DNA of 64,000 nt from an uncultured Bdellovibrionales bacterium (GCA_964609855.1 CAZSTB010000003.1:4305-68304); one strand, 5' to 3'. Shown: positions 39,234 through 48,486, numbered from the stretch's first letter. The notes: a model not told the origin generated them from the letters alone. Program-made: numbers and translations.

Positions 39234-40295
39234 TTATTCCACCCCCAATCCTGTCGGTGCGGCCGGTGCAGTAATATCAGCCGTGCCAATGATATAATCT
39301 TTTCCAATAAAAGAATCACTAATCACAAAATCATCCAAAAATATTTTCATCTCCGTGTTCTCGTAGATGGTTCCTGTTTGATTTATGGTTATGTTATCCA
39401 GTGCATTGACCCAATTCCAACCAGGAGAAAGGCCATTTACTGAATCGGCGCCGACCCAAGCAAGCCCAGTCCGCTTATGATGCTGGTAAGAATTTATGCC
39501 ATCATCAACCCACACCTCCCATTCGCCATCCGCAACGCCCGGCGCGCTGTTCATCTTTACTCTGAATTCATAACTATGCCAACCACCATCCGATGGCATT
39601 GGCAGAGTATAAAAATCTTCCGCCGAAGCATCGCCAGCGCCAGGATCAAAAACGCGCGCGCCAAGAAAATGGACAGCATTGAGATCTGGCGGATTTTGAT
39701 AACCAGTGCCCGTGTTTACTGCAACCTCAGGATAGAAAGTTGGCGCCTGATAACTGGGAGCTAAAAATTGCTGCGGATTATTTACCAAGGATGGCTCCAG
39801 TTGATATCTGGAAATCCTGGCAATCTTATGATAATTCCCATTATTAATGCCTTCATTATTTATAGTCGGCCAATGAAAAGTTACTGGATCATATTTGTAA
39901 TATCCCCGCATATATAATTCTTGATATCCAGCATTTCCAAGATATAAATCCAGACCACCTCCCGCCCAGGTATGTACAGCCTCAACTGCAAAGGTGATGC
40001 CTTTTCCGGAATTTCGAGCGCCGCCAGCATCCAATTTCCAAGTTGGACCCCTGTCCCATCTTGGAATAGCTGCACTGTAAGCAGTCCAATTTTGCGGTGG
40101 GGGCTGACTTGGACCGCCTGGTTTATCTTTCCAGGTATTTGGCCAACCAGCGTTCGTGCTCGGATAAGACTCCGCCGATTGCCAATCGGGAGAGTCATTG
40201 AAATTATCCTCAAAGATAATTGCGGCCTGGGAAAAATTTGGCAGCAAGAAAAACATCGCGAGAAAAAGAAAAGTTTTCAGCATTTGCTTTATCAT
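39234..40295 (-). CDS. secreted beta-rich protein, paralog C; C-terminus ...APAAPTGLGVE
   Basis: signal peptide; EFRVKMNSAPGVADGEWEVWVDDG; TAA stop after the motif. Confidence 0.6.
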   Translation of the reverse strand: MIKQMLKTFLFLAMFFLLPNFSQAAIIFEDNFNDSPDWQSAESYPSTNAGWPNTWKDKPGGPSQPPPQNWTAYSAAIPRWDRGPTWKLDAGGARNSGKGITFAVEAVHTWAGGGLDLYLGNAGYQELYMRGYYKYDPVTFHWPTINNEGINNGNYHKIARISRYQLEPSLVNNPQQFLAPSYQAPTFYPEVAVNTGTGYQNPPDLNAVHFLGARVFDPGAGDASAEDFYTLPMPSDGGWHSYEFRVKMNSAPGVADGEWEVWVDDGINSYQHHKRTGLAWVGADSVNGLSPGWNWVNALDNITINQTGTIYENTEMKIFLDDFVISDSFIGKDYIIGTADITAPAAPTGLGVE

Positions 40296-40476
40296 TTCTT
40301 AATTATACCACTTTTTATTGGTATTTCCTATTTCGTATTTGGTATCTCGTATCTTATATATTGTACTCGTGTTTTGTATTCAACTTTATGAATCTTACGA
40401 ACTTTATAAGCTTTCTTGCATTCTACATCTTTTGTATTTATACATCATACATAATACTAGATACTTTATACTTGAG

Positions 40477-41688
40477 TCACTCCACACTTAGTCCAGTTGG
40501 CACAGCGGGGGCAATAATATCAGCCTCTAAATTACCAATAACATAATCAAAAGGCAACCTACCATCTTGCGGGGAATTGGACCAAAGAGCCGGCTCTGTC
40601 TGAATAGAATCGGCACTCAAAGGTTCATAGGCGATAACTGGGCCGTAATAAATCTGTTGAGCCCCATCATAAAAGCGGCTCATATTGTCAGGCATCCAGA
40701 TGTTATTCCATTCCGGCGTGGCATGCAGAGCTCCAGTATTTAGCCATGGAATATCAACTGTTTTGTAGTGAGTCCAAGTTGTTCCAACTTCAGTACTATT
40801 ATCAATCCACATCTCAAATTCGCCGTCCATGACGCCTGGTGCACTATTCATCTTTACGCGATATTCCAAAGTGTGCCAATCACCGTCTTCTGGGAGATAT
40901 GGCCCAGGATTACCCCCAAGGGTTGGGTTATAGCCATCGTAAGGAGCATATCTATATTCAGGATCGACACGAAAAGTAACCTTAGCTGCTGTATTTTTCC
41001 TGTACGTTATTGGGTTAGCATAATAATAGTAAGGATTTTCCAAAGTGTCAGGAATTGCAATCGGCATAGTATAACAAGTCGGATTCGAAGGTTGAGTATT
41101 GCATCCTTGAGTATTAAACATACTTTCAACAGAAGGATTGGCCCAAAAGCGCCCTATCCTTATATTCTTTATCATACTAATCTGATTTCCAGTTGAGACT
41201 CCTGGTCCGCATCCTGGACAATCAGCCCATTGTCAAACGGGTCCAAACTTAACTTTCATGCGCACATACATCTCATGATATCCTTCAACCTTAGGAAATA
41301 ATTTTCCCATCCTTGCCCCATGCCACGCTCCATAATCCCCTTCAGTCACAACACTGTAAATCAAACATTTTTCTTGATTAATGACAGAAGGATCGCTGCA
41401 ATTTACATTGTTAGCAATATTCAATGGCGAGATGGTAGTAGCCTCATTAGCAAACCCCGTCCAACCCGAAGGAGGACAGCTAGTGCTACATGTTCCGCCC
41501 TGATCAGCTGCAAAACTGATTGGCCAATCATGTTGAGTTATCCCAGAACTCCAATCAGGCGTGTCCTGCCAACCTTCTTCAAAAAAAACAGGCTTAGGCG
41601 GATTAGCCGTTGGAATAGCGTAAGCAAAATTTGGTAACATGAAAAATGCAGCAAGAAATAAATATAATTTTAAATTCATATTTTTCAT
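40477..41688 (-). pseudogene. secreted beta-rich protein, paralog D, interrupted by one in-frame TGA (41233-41235); C-terminus ...APAVPTGLSVE
   Basis: ORFs 41233-41694 and 40477-41175 are in the same frame, separated only by a TGA; the N-terminal part has the signal peptide and the C-terminal part has the family motifs. Confidence 0.55.
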
Positions 41689-41704
41689 ATTCAATTTCCT
41701 AAAT

Positions 41705-41725
41705 TACGTAGCATCATGCTACGTA
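41705..41725. promoter_or_regulatory. 21-bp palindrome TACGTAGCAT-C-ATGCTACGTA 17-37 nt upstream of the paralog D start
   Basis: 10-bp arms with a single central base; same core as 39047-39068. Confidence 0.6.
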
Positions 41726-41835
41726 GCAAATTTCACGCAACTTCGCGAGATAATAAATTTTTCTAATGCCTTGATTATACCATAAAAATCCAACAACTAC
41801 TATTATAAATTGATTTTTAAATACGGATTTTAAAA

Positions 41836-41870
41836 AACAAAAAAGCTGACTAAAATAGTCAGCTTTTTAA
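41836..41870. terminator. bidirectional intrinsic terminator (AGCTGACT / AGTCAGCT with flanking A and T runs) downstream of ndk
   Basis: 8-bp perfect stem 41844-41851 / 41857-41864, 5-nt loop, T5 after, A-run before. Confidence 0.7.
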
Positions 41871-41889
41871 AAGTATAGCTTCGATAGGA

Positions 41890-42573
41890 TTATTCCAAAA
41901 TCCCATCAAGATTCACGTCATATAACATCGCTTCTGAAATTGATTTGTATTTGATTATTTCGCTTTCATCAAACCAGATCTTGATTTCCCTCTCAGCTTC
42001 TTCCGGTTTGTCTGAGCAGTGAATTAAGTTTCGAACTGCGCGGCTATCCATTCCAGCAAGATCATAGGAATCTAGAGTCAGATCTCCGCGGATTGTTCCG
42101 ATGTCGGAAGTCAAAGGCTCGGTTCCACCTACAAGTTTAGTCACAATTCCCACAGCGGAATTACCCTCGATCACCATGGCAAGAACTGGTCCGGAAGTCA
42201 TGAAAGTCACCAACTGTCCGATAATGTCGCGGCCGTATTCAATTGCTTCTTTTTCAATCGGAAGATTCATCTCTTCGCGTCCTTTCACGATTCTCTCCCC
42301 TTTTAATTGGAACCACGCCTCGTCTTTGTTGTAGTGAGTCCAGCATTGCTCTGTTTTTGGAACCAACATTTTCATTGCTGTCATCTTGAGCCCTACTCTT
42401 TCAAAACGACTGATAATTTCTCCCATCAGATTTCGCTGAATTCCGTCCGGCTTAATAATAACGAATGTCCTCTCCTTTTTTGGATGTTGCATCTTATTTT
42501 TTATTAAATAATTACTAAAAAAGCGACTCTTAGTCGTAAATCTAGTATACAGCAAAAACATGGCAGGACGCAA
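41890..42573 (-). CDS. ndk: nucleoside diphosphate kinase (with internal insertion; likely start at MQHPKK)
   Basis: ERTFVIIKPDG ... NLIHCSD catalytic His motif ... ; longer than canonical Ndk because of an insertion and an N-terminal ORF extension. Confidence 0.75.
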   Translation of the reverse strand: MRPAMFLLYTRFTTKSRFFSNYLIKNKMQHPKKERTFVIIKPDGIQRNLMGEIISRFERVGLKMTAMKMLVPKTEQCWTHYNKDEAWFQLKGERIVKGREEMNLPIEKEAIEYGRDIIGQLVTFMTSGPVLAMVIEGNSAVGIVTKLVGGTEPLTSDIGTIRGDLTLDSYDLAGMDSRAVRNLIHCSDKPEEAEREIKIWFDESEIIKYKSISEAMLYDVNLDGILE

Positions 42574-42642
42574 ATAGATTGACTAATCACACCTGATGCC
42601 TACATGCGCAGCTACAAAGCATTATTCCCAATTCCCAAATTT

Positions 42643-42679
42643 GCAAACACTATCACACTAGATAGCGTGATAGTGTTTG
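42643..42679. promoter_or_regulatory. 13-bp perfect inverted repeat CAAACACTATCAC-N11-GTGATAGTGTTTG between comEC-MBL and ndk
   Basis: 42643-42655 / 42667-42679. Confidence 0.5.
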
Positions 42680-42685
42680 CGGATT

Positions 42686-43552
42686 TCAATTGCTTATTGA
42701 TTTGCATTTTAAGGTTGGGCTTTGGCATTCATAAATAATATCCCCTCGCTCATCAGTTCTGAAAACACTTATCCCGCGCTGCATCAATCTTTTCAATATA
42801 TCAGCATGCGGATGACCGTATGAATTATTCTTGCCAACCGAAACGATAGCATCACGAGGCGCAACCCTATCTAGGAAATCATCGCTTGAAGAATATTTAC
42901 TACCATGATGGGAAACTTTCAAGACATCAGATTTTATATCAATTCCGCGCGCCAGAATTTCTTTTTCCTGTTCGCCAGGAAGGTCGCCTGTCAGCAGAAA
43001 ACTATTTTCTCCAAAGCTTAATCTCATCACCACACTGCCAGCATTCGTATCCTTAGTATTTTCAACTATTTTTTCAAAAGGAAAGATGATTTCCACTTGA
43101 GCATCTTCGCTTAAAATAATCTTTTGTCCAACTTGAGCTTCCACGATCTGAGACCCCTCAGCTGCAACAGCTTCTTCCAAAGCCTTGAATGTCTGCGACT
43201 CGCTTCTTGCATTAGTTTTCATGACCGCAGAAATTTCATGGGTCCTGAAAATTTCAATCAGTCCCCCAATGTGATCTGCGTCAGGGTGAGTTTCAATAAC
43301 TGCTTCGATTTTTCTATCCCAAAAAGGAATATGCCTGCCTAGTTTTTCCAAGAGCAGTTTCCCATCTTTTCCACCGTCAATCAAGATCTGCTTTGAACCT
43401 TGAGAAATCAAAATACTATCGCCTTGTCCGACATCGAGAAATACGACCCGCATTTCCCCTTTTTTACCATGCAAAATAATAAAAGCTAGAATTACAGCCA
43501 GCAATAGCATTAAAATAAGCACACTATATGTTAATTTTCTCTTATTGAGCAT
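42686..43552 (-). CDS. ComEC/Rec2-related metallo-beta-lactamase domain protein (membrane-anchored)
   Basis: VVFLDVGQGDS ... HPDADHIGG ... VSHHGS motifs; N-terminal TM. Confidence 0.7.
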   Translation of the reverse strand: MLNKRKLTYSVLILMLLLAVILAFIILHGKKGEMRVVFLDVGQGDSILISQGSKQILIDGGKDGKLLLEKLGRHIPFWDRKIEAVIETHPDADHIGGLIEIFRTHEISAVMKTNARSESQTFKALEEAVAAEGSQIVEAQVGQKIILSEDAQVEIIFPFEKIVENTKDTNAGSVVMRLSFGENSFLLTGDLPGEQEKEILARGIDIKSDVLKVSHHGSKYSSSDDFLDRVAPRDAIVSVGKNNSYGHPHADILKRLMQRGISVFRTDERGDIIYECQSPTLKCKSISN

Positions 43553-43675
43553 TCATATTTAATTTTCAATAATCAGTTTTCAATTTACAATGAATTCTCA
43601 ATTAAAAAATTATCAAACTAAAATTTTAATTGAAAATTGCAAATTTAATGAAAATTGTGAATTGAAAATTGAAAA

Positions 43676-45004
43676 TTATTTATCATCCCTCCTATTTAAA
43701 TATTTATCCAAGAGATAAATCGACAACGATAATATTATATAATAAACCACCACAAATAACACTGACACTTTTTCAATCTCCACACTTGCCCAAGAAAATC
43801 GTGACAAAAGGTGGATCAGTGAAATCTCATAGTGAAGCGGCAAATAAGTGAGCCACGCTAAAATCAGAGAAAGTGGAGAAAAAATAAATTCTGCCAGTGC
43901 CGTCAGAAATGCCAAGAACATTGAAAGTGGCACTATCGGCAAAATCAAAACGTTCGCCAGCAGCGAAACAAGCGAAGCGGTGTGAAAATTGTATGTGATT
44001 ATGGGCAGCACAAAAATCTGCGCACTGAGCGAAAGCGCGATTATTTCGGAAATTCCCAGCGCCTTATGTTTTTTGATGAAACTTTTCTCCCAAAATGGAG
44101 AAGTTGAAACTATTCCCAGTGTCGCCAGAAAAGAAAGCTGGAAACCGATATCATATCTGAGCAAAAGCGGATTCAAAAAGAGCATGACTGCTCCTGCAAA
44201 AATAATCGCGTTTTCCGAGGAGGCCAGTCGCCCATGCTTCATAGCCCAAAGCAAAATAAAGTACTCCGCTATGATGGTCACATTGTATCCGGAAACTGCC
44301 ACGATGTGGGTCATGCCGGTGCGCGAAAAATCATTTTGAATTTCTTTGGAAAAACCACTTGAACCACCAAGCAGAATTCCTCCCGCCAAGACGCTTTCAG
44401 GACTGGGGATGACGTCATTTATATTTTTCTCTAGCAAATTTTTCAATCCAAAGATCTGTGTCAAAAAAATATTCCCGCCGTACTCTCCGATTTTTCTGAA
44501 ATTTTTATCCTCGCAGGAATACAAAACTCCTTCTTTTGCCATATACATCATGTAATCAAAATCGGAATCTTCTTTATTTTCAATTCTCTTGGCCCGGCAT
44601 AAAACTTCAAGCAAATCTCCATATTGAAAAACCGGGTACATGGGAACCTGCAGAAGCATCACTATCTTTTCTTTTTCCAATTCAACAATGAGATTCCGCC
44701 CAAAAGAAGAATCTGAACTTTTTATCACCAACGCGCGCCCGCTAAAATTTACATTTTCAAAAACCGCATCATTGATTTCTTTCAAGCTGAAACTTGTTCG
44801 CCAAACACCGACAATAAAAAAGACAAAAATAAAAGCGACCAAAGTCGCATGTCCGTTCTTATAGAAAATTGTCATCAGCAACACTGAAAGAACGAGAATT
44901 GCCAATAAATAATTTCCACTTATTTCAAAAAATGACCGTAGAAAAACACCAAGAATAAATGCGAGCAATAAAAACAGCAAGATACGCGACTTTGATATAT
45001 CCAT
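43676..45004 (-). CDS. comEC: ComEC/Rec2 competence channel domain protein (DUF4131 + competence TM domain)
   Basis: polytopic membrane protein with the ComEC-like arrangement; sits directly upstream of the separate MBL-domain ORF. Confidence 0.65.
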   Translation of the reverse strand: MDISKSRILLFLLLAFILGVFLRSFFEISGNYLLAILVLSVLLMTIFYKNGHATLVAFIFVFFIVGVWRTSFSLKEINDAVFENVNFSGRALVIKSSDSSFGRNLIVELEKEKIVMLLQVPMYPVFQYGDLLEVLCRAKRIENKEDSDFDYMMYMAKEGVLYSCEDKNFRKIGEYGGNIFLTQIFGLKNLLEKNINDVIPSPESVLAGGILLGGSSGFSKEIQNDFSRTGMTHIVAVSGYNVTIIAEYFILLWAMKHGRLASSENAIIFAGAVMLFLNPLLLRYDIGFQLSFLATLGIVSTSPFWEKSFIKKHKALGISEIIALSLSAQIFVLPIITYNFHTASLVSLLANVLILPIVPLSMFLAFLTALAEFIFSPLSLILAWLTYLPLHYEISLIHLLSRFSWASVEIEKVSVLFVVVYYIILSLSIYLLDKYLNRRDDK

Positions 45005-45062
45005 ATGTGTTCATTGAGAGCAAGTTTATATATCAAATTATATCAAGATAATGAATTTTATG

Positions 45063-45091
45063 AAACCCCGCCTGAATGTTCAAGCGGGGTT
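45063..45091 (-). terminator. putative terminator hairpin (AAACCCCGC...GCGGGGTT) after 45134-45589
   Basis: 8-9 bp GC-rich stem; moderately U-rich tail on the minus transcript. Confidence 0.45.
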
Positions 45092-45133
45092 ATTAAATCT
45101 TGATTCTTAATTACAGACTAACTGCAAGGCGCA

Positions 45134-45589
45134 CTATCGGGAAATCCCAGTAAGAAATGCGGGCGCATTTGATCTCAAACTGCCGCCCAGCCAAAACCAG
45201 CCGCGATAAAGGTTTAGTCCCTTATCTAAAAACGGAACCCTGATTTGATGGTCCGGTCTTCTGACAGCATCCTTCCAGCCTATCACTCTCTTCCCCTTGA
45301 AATACTTGTCATGAAAGGAGTTTCCTCTAAATTCGATAGCGATTATCTCAGCCAGACCTAAGCAGTGCGGCAACAGATTCTCGTCCTGCAATTTTTCATA
45401 AAATTCGACTCCCGGAACAAACTCCCTACCCCGATTGAGACGTGACCATTCAATTAGTTGTGCCACATCCAACAGATATGATTCCTTTGTTGGCGGTTCA
45501 GAATAAACCTTGGCCTCAAGAAAATGTGCATATTGGGCCGCTATCGCTACCGGGAAACATTCCACAACTGAATCGCTTTTTTCGTTCAT
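45134..45589 (-). CDS. hypothetical protein, GC-richer cassette with strong SD
   Basis: ATG preceded by AAAAGGAGAGG; G+C visibly higher than neighbours; no family recognised. Confidence 0.45.
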   Translation of the reverse strand: MNEKSDSVVECFPVAIAAQYAHFLEAKVYSEPPTKESYLLDVAQLIEWSRLNRGREFVPGVEFYEKLQDENLLPHCLGLAEIIAIEFRGNSFHDKYFKGKRVIGWKDAVRRPDHQIRVPFLDKGLNLYRGWFWLGGSLRSNAPAFLTGISR

Positions 45590-45713
45590 GAGCCTCTCCT
45601 TTTGATGGATTTTAAAAAAATACGATCTAATAATCCGACAGCAACTAAGGAACTATGAACCAACAATAGTTCAAAAATAATTATTATGCAAGTACGAAAA
45701 AGTCTATATTTTA

Positions 45714-45935
45714 TCAAATATCAATATCCACCATTTTAATCTTGGCAGATTTTCCGCCCACTATAGTAATCAGGCTTTTTGCGACTTTAAAATATTTAGC
45801 TAAAATTTCAATTAACATTTCATTTGCCTTTCCGTCAACCGGAGCCGCCGTAAGCCTAACTTTATATTCTCCTTCAGAAATTTTAATAACTTCATTTCTA
45901 GAGGATCGCGGAGCTGCTTGGATATATATTCTCAT
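45714..45935 (-). CDS. DUF167 (YggU-like) small protein
   Basis: LTAAPVDGKANEMLIEILAKYFKV pattern typical of DUF167. Confidence 0.5.
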   Translation of the reverse strand: MRIYIQAAPRSSRNEVIKISEGEYKVRLTAAPVDGKANEMLIEILAKYFKVAKSLITIVGGKSAKIKMVDIDI

Positions 45936-45937
45936 TT

Positions 45938-46225
45938 CTATTTTTCTATTTTAAATTCATTTTTTACCGCAGAAAGAACTTCATCATCTATCTCATCAGG
46001 AAGAAAGTCCCCGGATGGATTATGATTTCTTGCCTCATAATAAACAAAATTTTTCACCTTGCTAGCAATCATGATTGAATACTCTCGAACTTTCCCTTCT
46101 TTTTTGACTTCCTGCGCAAGAACAAATCCGGCTGCAATGATTGCGAAGATAAAGAAAGGAACATATGGAAAGATTTTTTTGAAAAATTTAAGCATTAAAT
46201 TAAAATTATTTTTATGCGATTGCAT
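45938..46225 (-). CDS. hypothetical small membrane protein
   Basis: single TM, 95 aa. Confidence 0.3.
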   Translation of the reverse strand: MQSHKNNFNLMLKFFKKIFPYVPFFIFAIIAAGFVLAQEVKKEGKVREYSIMIASKVKNFVYYEARNHNPSGDFLPDEIDDEVLSAVKNEFKIEK

Positions 46226-47081
46226 CAGAATTTTTAATTCTACGTCTTATAATAGCATCCGAAATTCGCAATTGCATATTTATTAACATTAAGAAAACCA
46301 GGAAAGCATTTGCCCATAAAAACACATTCATCACAACAGGATTTTTCATGTCAGTTCCCAAATTAAGGACATGTATTAATACAACCGCATAGAGTAATAT
46401 ATTCATAAAATGTGCAGTTCTCCAAATCCGAGGAGAAATATACTTTCTGCCATATGAGGTGGCAACCAGGATTATCATCAAATAAAAACTAAATATTCCA
46501 AAACTTATTAATTTTGACTGATAAGCCGAAGCAAAGGGCACAAAGAGATCAACCAGTGTCAAGTTCAAATACTTATCAAAAGCCAAAACCACACCATGAA
46601 AAAATACTACAATCACTGCCTGCAGTGAAATCCAGGCATGGATATTTAAGGCATGAATAGGAGAAAATATTTTGCGAAAGAATGGTAACCTAATTGTCAA
46701 TCCAAGAAATATGGAAATATATAAAAGAGTAAAAGCAACCAGACCACTTGCCCGAGAGCTATACCACGCCCAGGGAATTTCAGTTTCATCAGTTAACTCC
46801 TCGGCAAGCAGCTCAGGCGCACCCGGAAAGGAAGACTGCTCACGCGCTGAAGTGCCAGACATAATCTCCACCCCATCCTCATATCCGTCGCCATCTGAAT
46901 CAGCCACGTTTAAATCCGTACCATAAAGCTGCTTCTCTCCCTCATCAGTTAAGCCATCCAAATCACGATCAATAATCAGGCCATCGCCATAATCAACACT
47001 AAAATTTCCTTGGGCTTGGAGATTTATATTTATAGCAACAAAAAGTGTTAACGAGAGTATAATTAAGAATTTTTTACACAT
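46212..47081 (-). CDS. membrane protein: extracellular Ca-binding (thrombospondin type-3-like DxDxDG) repeats plus polytopic TM domain with paired His (ferric-reductase/MsrQ-like?)
   Basis: DRDLDGLTDEGE and DSDGDGYEDGVE repeats; TM helices with His spaced 13-14 residues apart. Confidence 0.4.
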   Translation of the reverse strand: MCKKFLIILSLTLFVAININLQAQGNFSVDYGDGLIIDRDLDGLTDEGEKQLYGTDLNVADSDGDGYEDGVEIMSGTSAREQSSFPGAPELLAEELTDETEIPWAWYSSRASGLVAFTLLYISIFLGLTIRLPFFRKIFSPIHALNIHAWISLQAVIVVFFHGVVLAFDKYLNLTLVDLFVPFASAYQSKLISFGIFSFYLMIILVATSYGRKYISPRIWRTAHFMNILLYAVVLIHVLNLGTDMKNPVVMNVFLWANAFLVFLMLINMQLRISDAIIRRRIKNSDAIA

Positions 47082-47133
47082 GCGAATGTTATTTTAAAAA
47101 AAATTTCAAAAATTACTTCTTTGGTTTTAGGTT

Positions 47134-48078
47134 TTATTTTAGATATTTTCTAAATTCAGAGCTTACCCACGATTGTCCCTTGTAGTTCAAGATTATACAT
47201 GCTAAAGCTTTTTTTTCTGCAAATAAACTGCCCTTTTCCCAACCCATAATAAAGATTACTTTCGCCAAGACATCAGCCATTTCAACAGTTGGAGCTATAA
47301 CCGTTACCGATTTTAATTCAAAAGAAAAATTTTCTAAGTTTTTCGGATTAACTAAATGATGAAACCTCAAACCAGCTTTCTCCCACTTTCTTTTGCCGAT
47401 ACCGGAAGTAGCCACACCTTGCTCTCGTAATTGAAACAAAACTTTTTGATTGGAAATACCTTCAATATCAACCAGCCAAGGTTTCCCTTCCTTATCAATT
47501 CCAGCAAAAAACATATCCCCACCCGAATCAACTAAGAAATTTTTCCAATTTCTTTTTTTAAGATAATTCGAAACCAAATCCGTGACATATCCCTTAACAA
47601 TCCCTGAAAAATCCATTCTCCTATTAAACTGAATTTTATCACCATCTATAAGCAAATCTTTCGATAGTTCATTTTCGTTAAAACCGTCATAGACTTGCCT
47701 TGATCTTGAAAAAGAAAATATATCCTTAAAATCCTTATCATAACCTGAACTTTCGAGCGCATCCAAGATTCTTGGGTCAAATAGCTGCTCACTATTATCA
47801 TAGTACCTCAAGCTACGTCGCGCTACTTCCAATAAATGATGTGATGTTTCATGCTTTTCTCCCAATTTTCGGTTAATCATTGAAAGTTCACTTTCGCAGT
47901 CGAACCTGCTGAATATTTTTTCAAATTCCCCATAGTAGGTTGCAGCTGCTGCCAAATCCTTTTTAGCAAGCAATTGCTCTCGTTCAGAGGAAACTACGAT
48001 TTGAATATCAATATTTGTTCCCATGGAAACAAACTGACTCCTAACAATACCTGGATAAGCTTTAACTTCCTTTTTCAT
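47134..48078 (-). CDS. apbE: FAD:protein FMN transferase (ApbE family)
   Basis: DSGGDMFFAG and GVATSGIGKRKW motifs. Confidence 0.7.
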   Translation of the reverse strand: MKKEVKAYPGIVRSQFVSMGTNIDIQIVVSSEREQLLAKKDLAAAATYYGEFEKIFSRFDCESELSMINRKLGEKHETSHHLLEVARRSLRYYDNSEQLFDPRILDALESSGYDKDFKDIFSFSRSRQVYDGFNENELSKDLLIDGDKIQFNRRMDFSGIVKGYVTDLVSNYLKKRNWKNFLVDSGGDMFFAGIDKEGKPWLVDIEGISNQKVLFQLREQGVATSGIGKRKWEKAGLRFHHLVNPKNLENFSFELKSVTVIAPTVEMADVLAKVIFIMGWEKGSLFAEKKALACIILNYKGQSWVSSEFRKYLK

Positions 48079-48476
48079 TGTGATATTTCATATTTATCAT
48101 CAATGCCATTCAAATTTGCGTCAGTAACAATATATATTTCCGCAATATCACGATGAGGATCCTTATCATCGGTCAAGCCATCCCTATCCGTGTCTTTCAA
48201 GACAAGATCTTTCATCACCGTTCGCGTAACCGTTCTTGCAGGTTCTGTAATAGTTTTGGTGGTATATTGATCACGTGCTGAATCTTCATCACCGTCATCC
48301 TCCTCATCTTTTTCGTCTTCATCGTCCTCCTCATCCTTTTCATCCTCCCCATCTTCCGCCTGAACAGTCTGCAAATATCTGCTTCCATTCTTACTATTAT
48401 TGATAGCCAAAGTAGCCACAAATAAAAAAGTGGTAAGAAAAAAAATCAAAAAATAATTGCTCTTTTTATTTTGCAT
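48075..48476 (-). CDS. secreted acidic protein with D/E-rich tract and DTDRDGLTDDKD Ca-binding repeat
   Basis: signal/TM at N-terminus, poly-acidic region, TSP3-like repeat. Confidence 0.4.
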   Translation of the reverse strand: MQNKKSNYFLIFFLTTFLFVATLAINNSKNGSRYLQTVQAEDGEDEKDEEDDEDEKDEEDDGDEDSARDQYTTKTITEPARTVTRTVMKDLVLKDTDRDGLTDDKDPHRDIAEIYIVTDANLNGIDDKYEISQ

Positions 48477-48486
48477 AAACTTTCTT

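Noticed and set aside
36708-41694. Possibility that the TGA after GLSVE and inside paralog D means UGA is a sense codon (genetic code 25)
   Set aside because: All r-protein genes, tuf, fusA, nrdD and ftsZ are full-length under the standard code with no internal TGA. One paralog ends with TAA at the same position.
41890-42573. Ndk being about 90 aa longer than canonical as a possible fusion or novel domain
   Set aside because: The extra length is mostly an upstream ORF-finder extension to an in-frame start plus one internal insertion. The catalytic His motif NLIHCSD and the core are ordinary.
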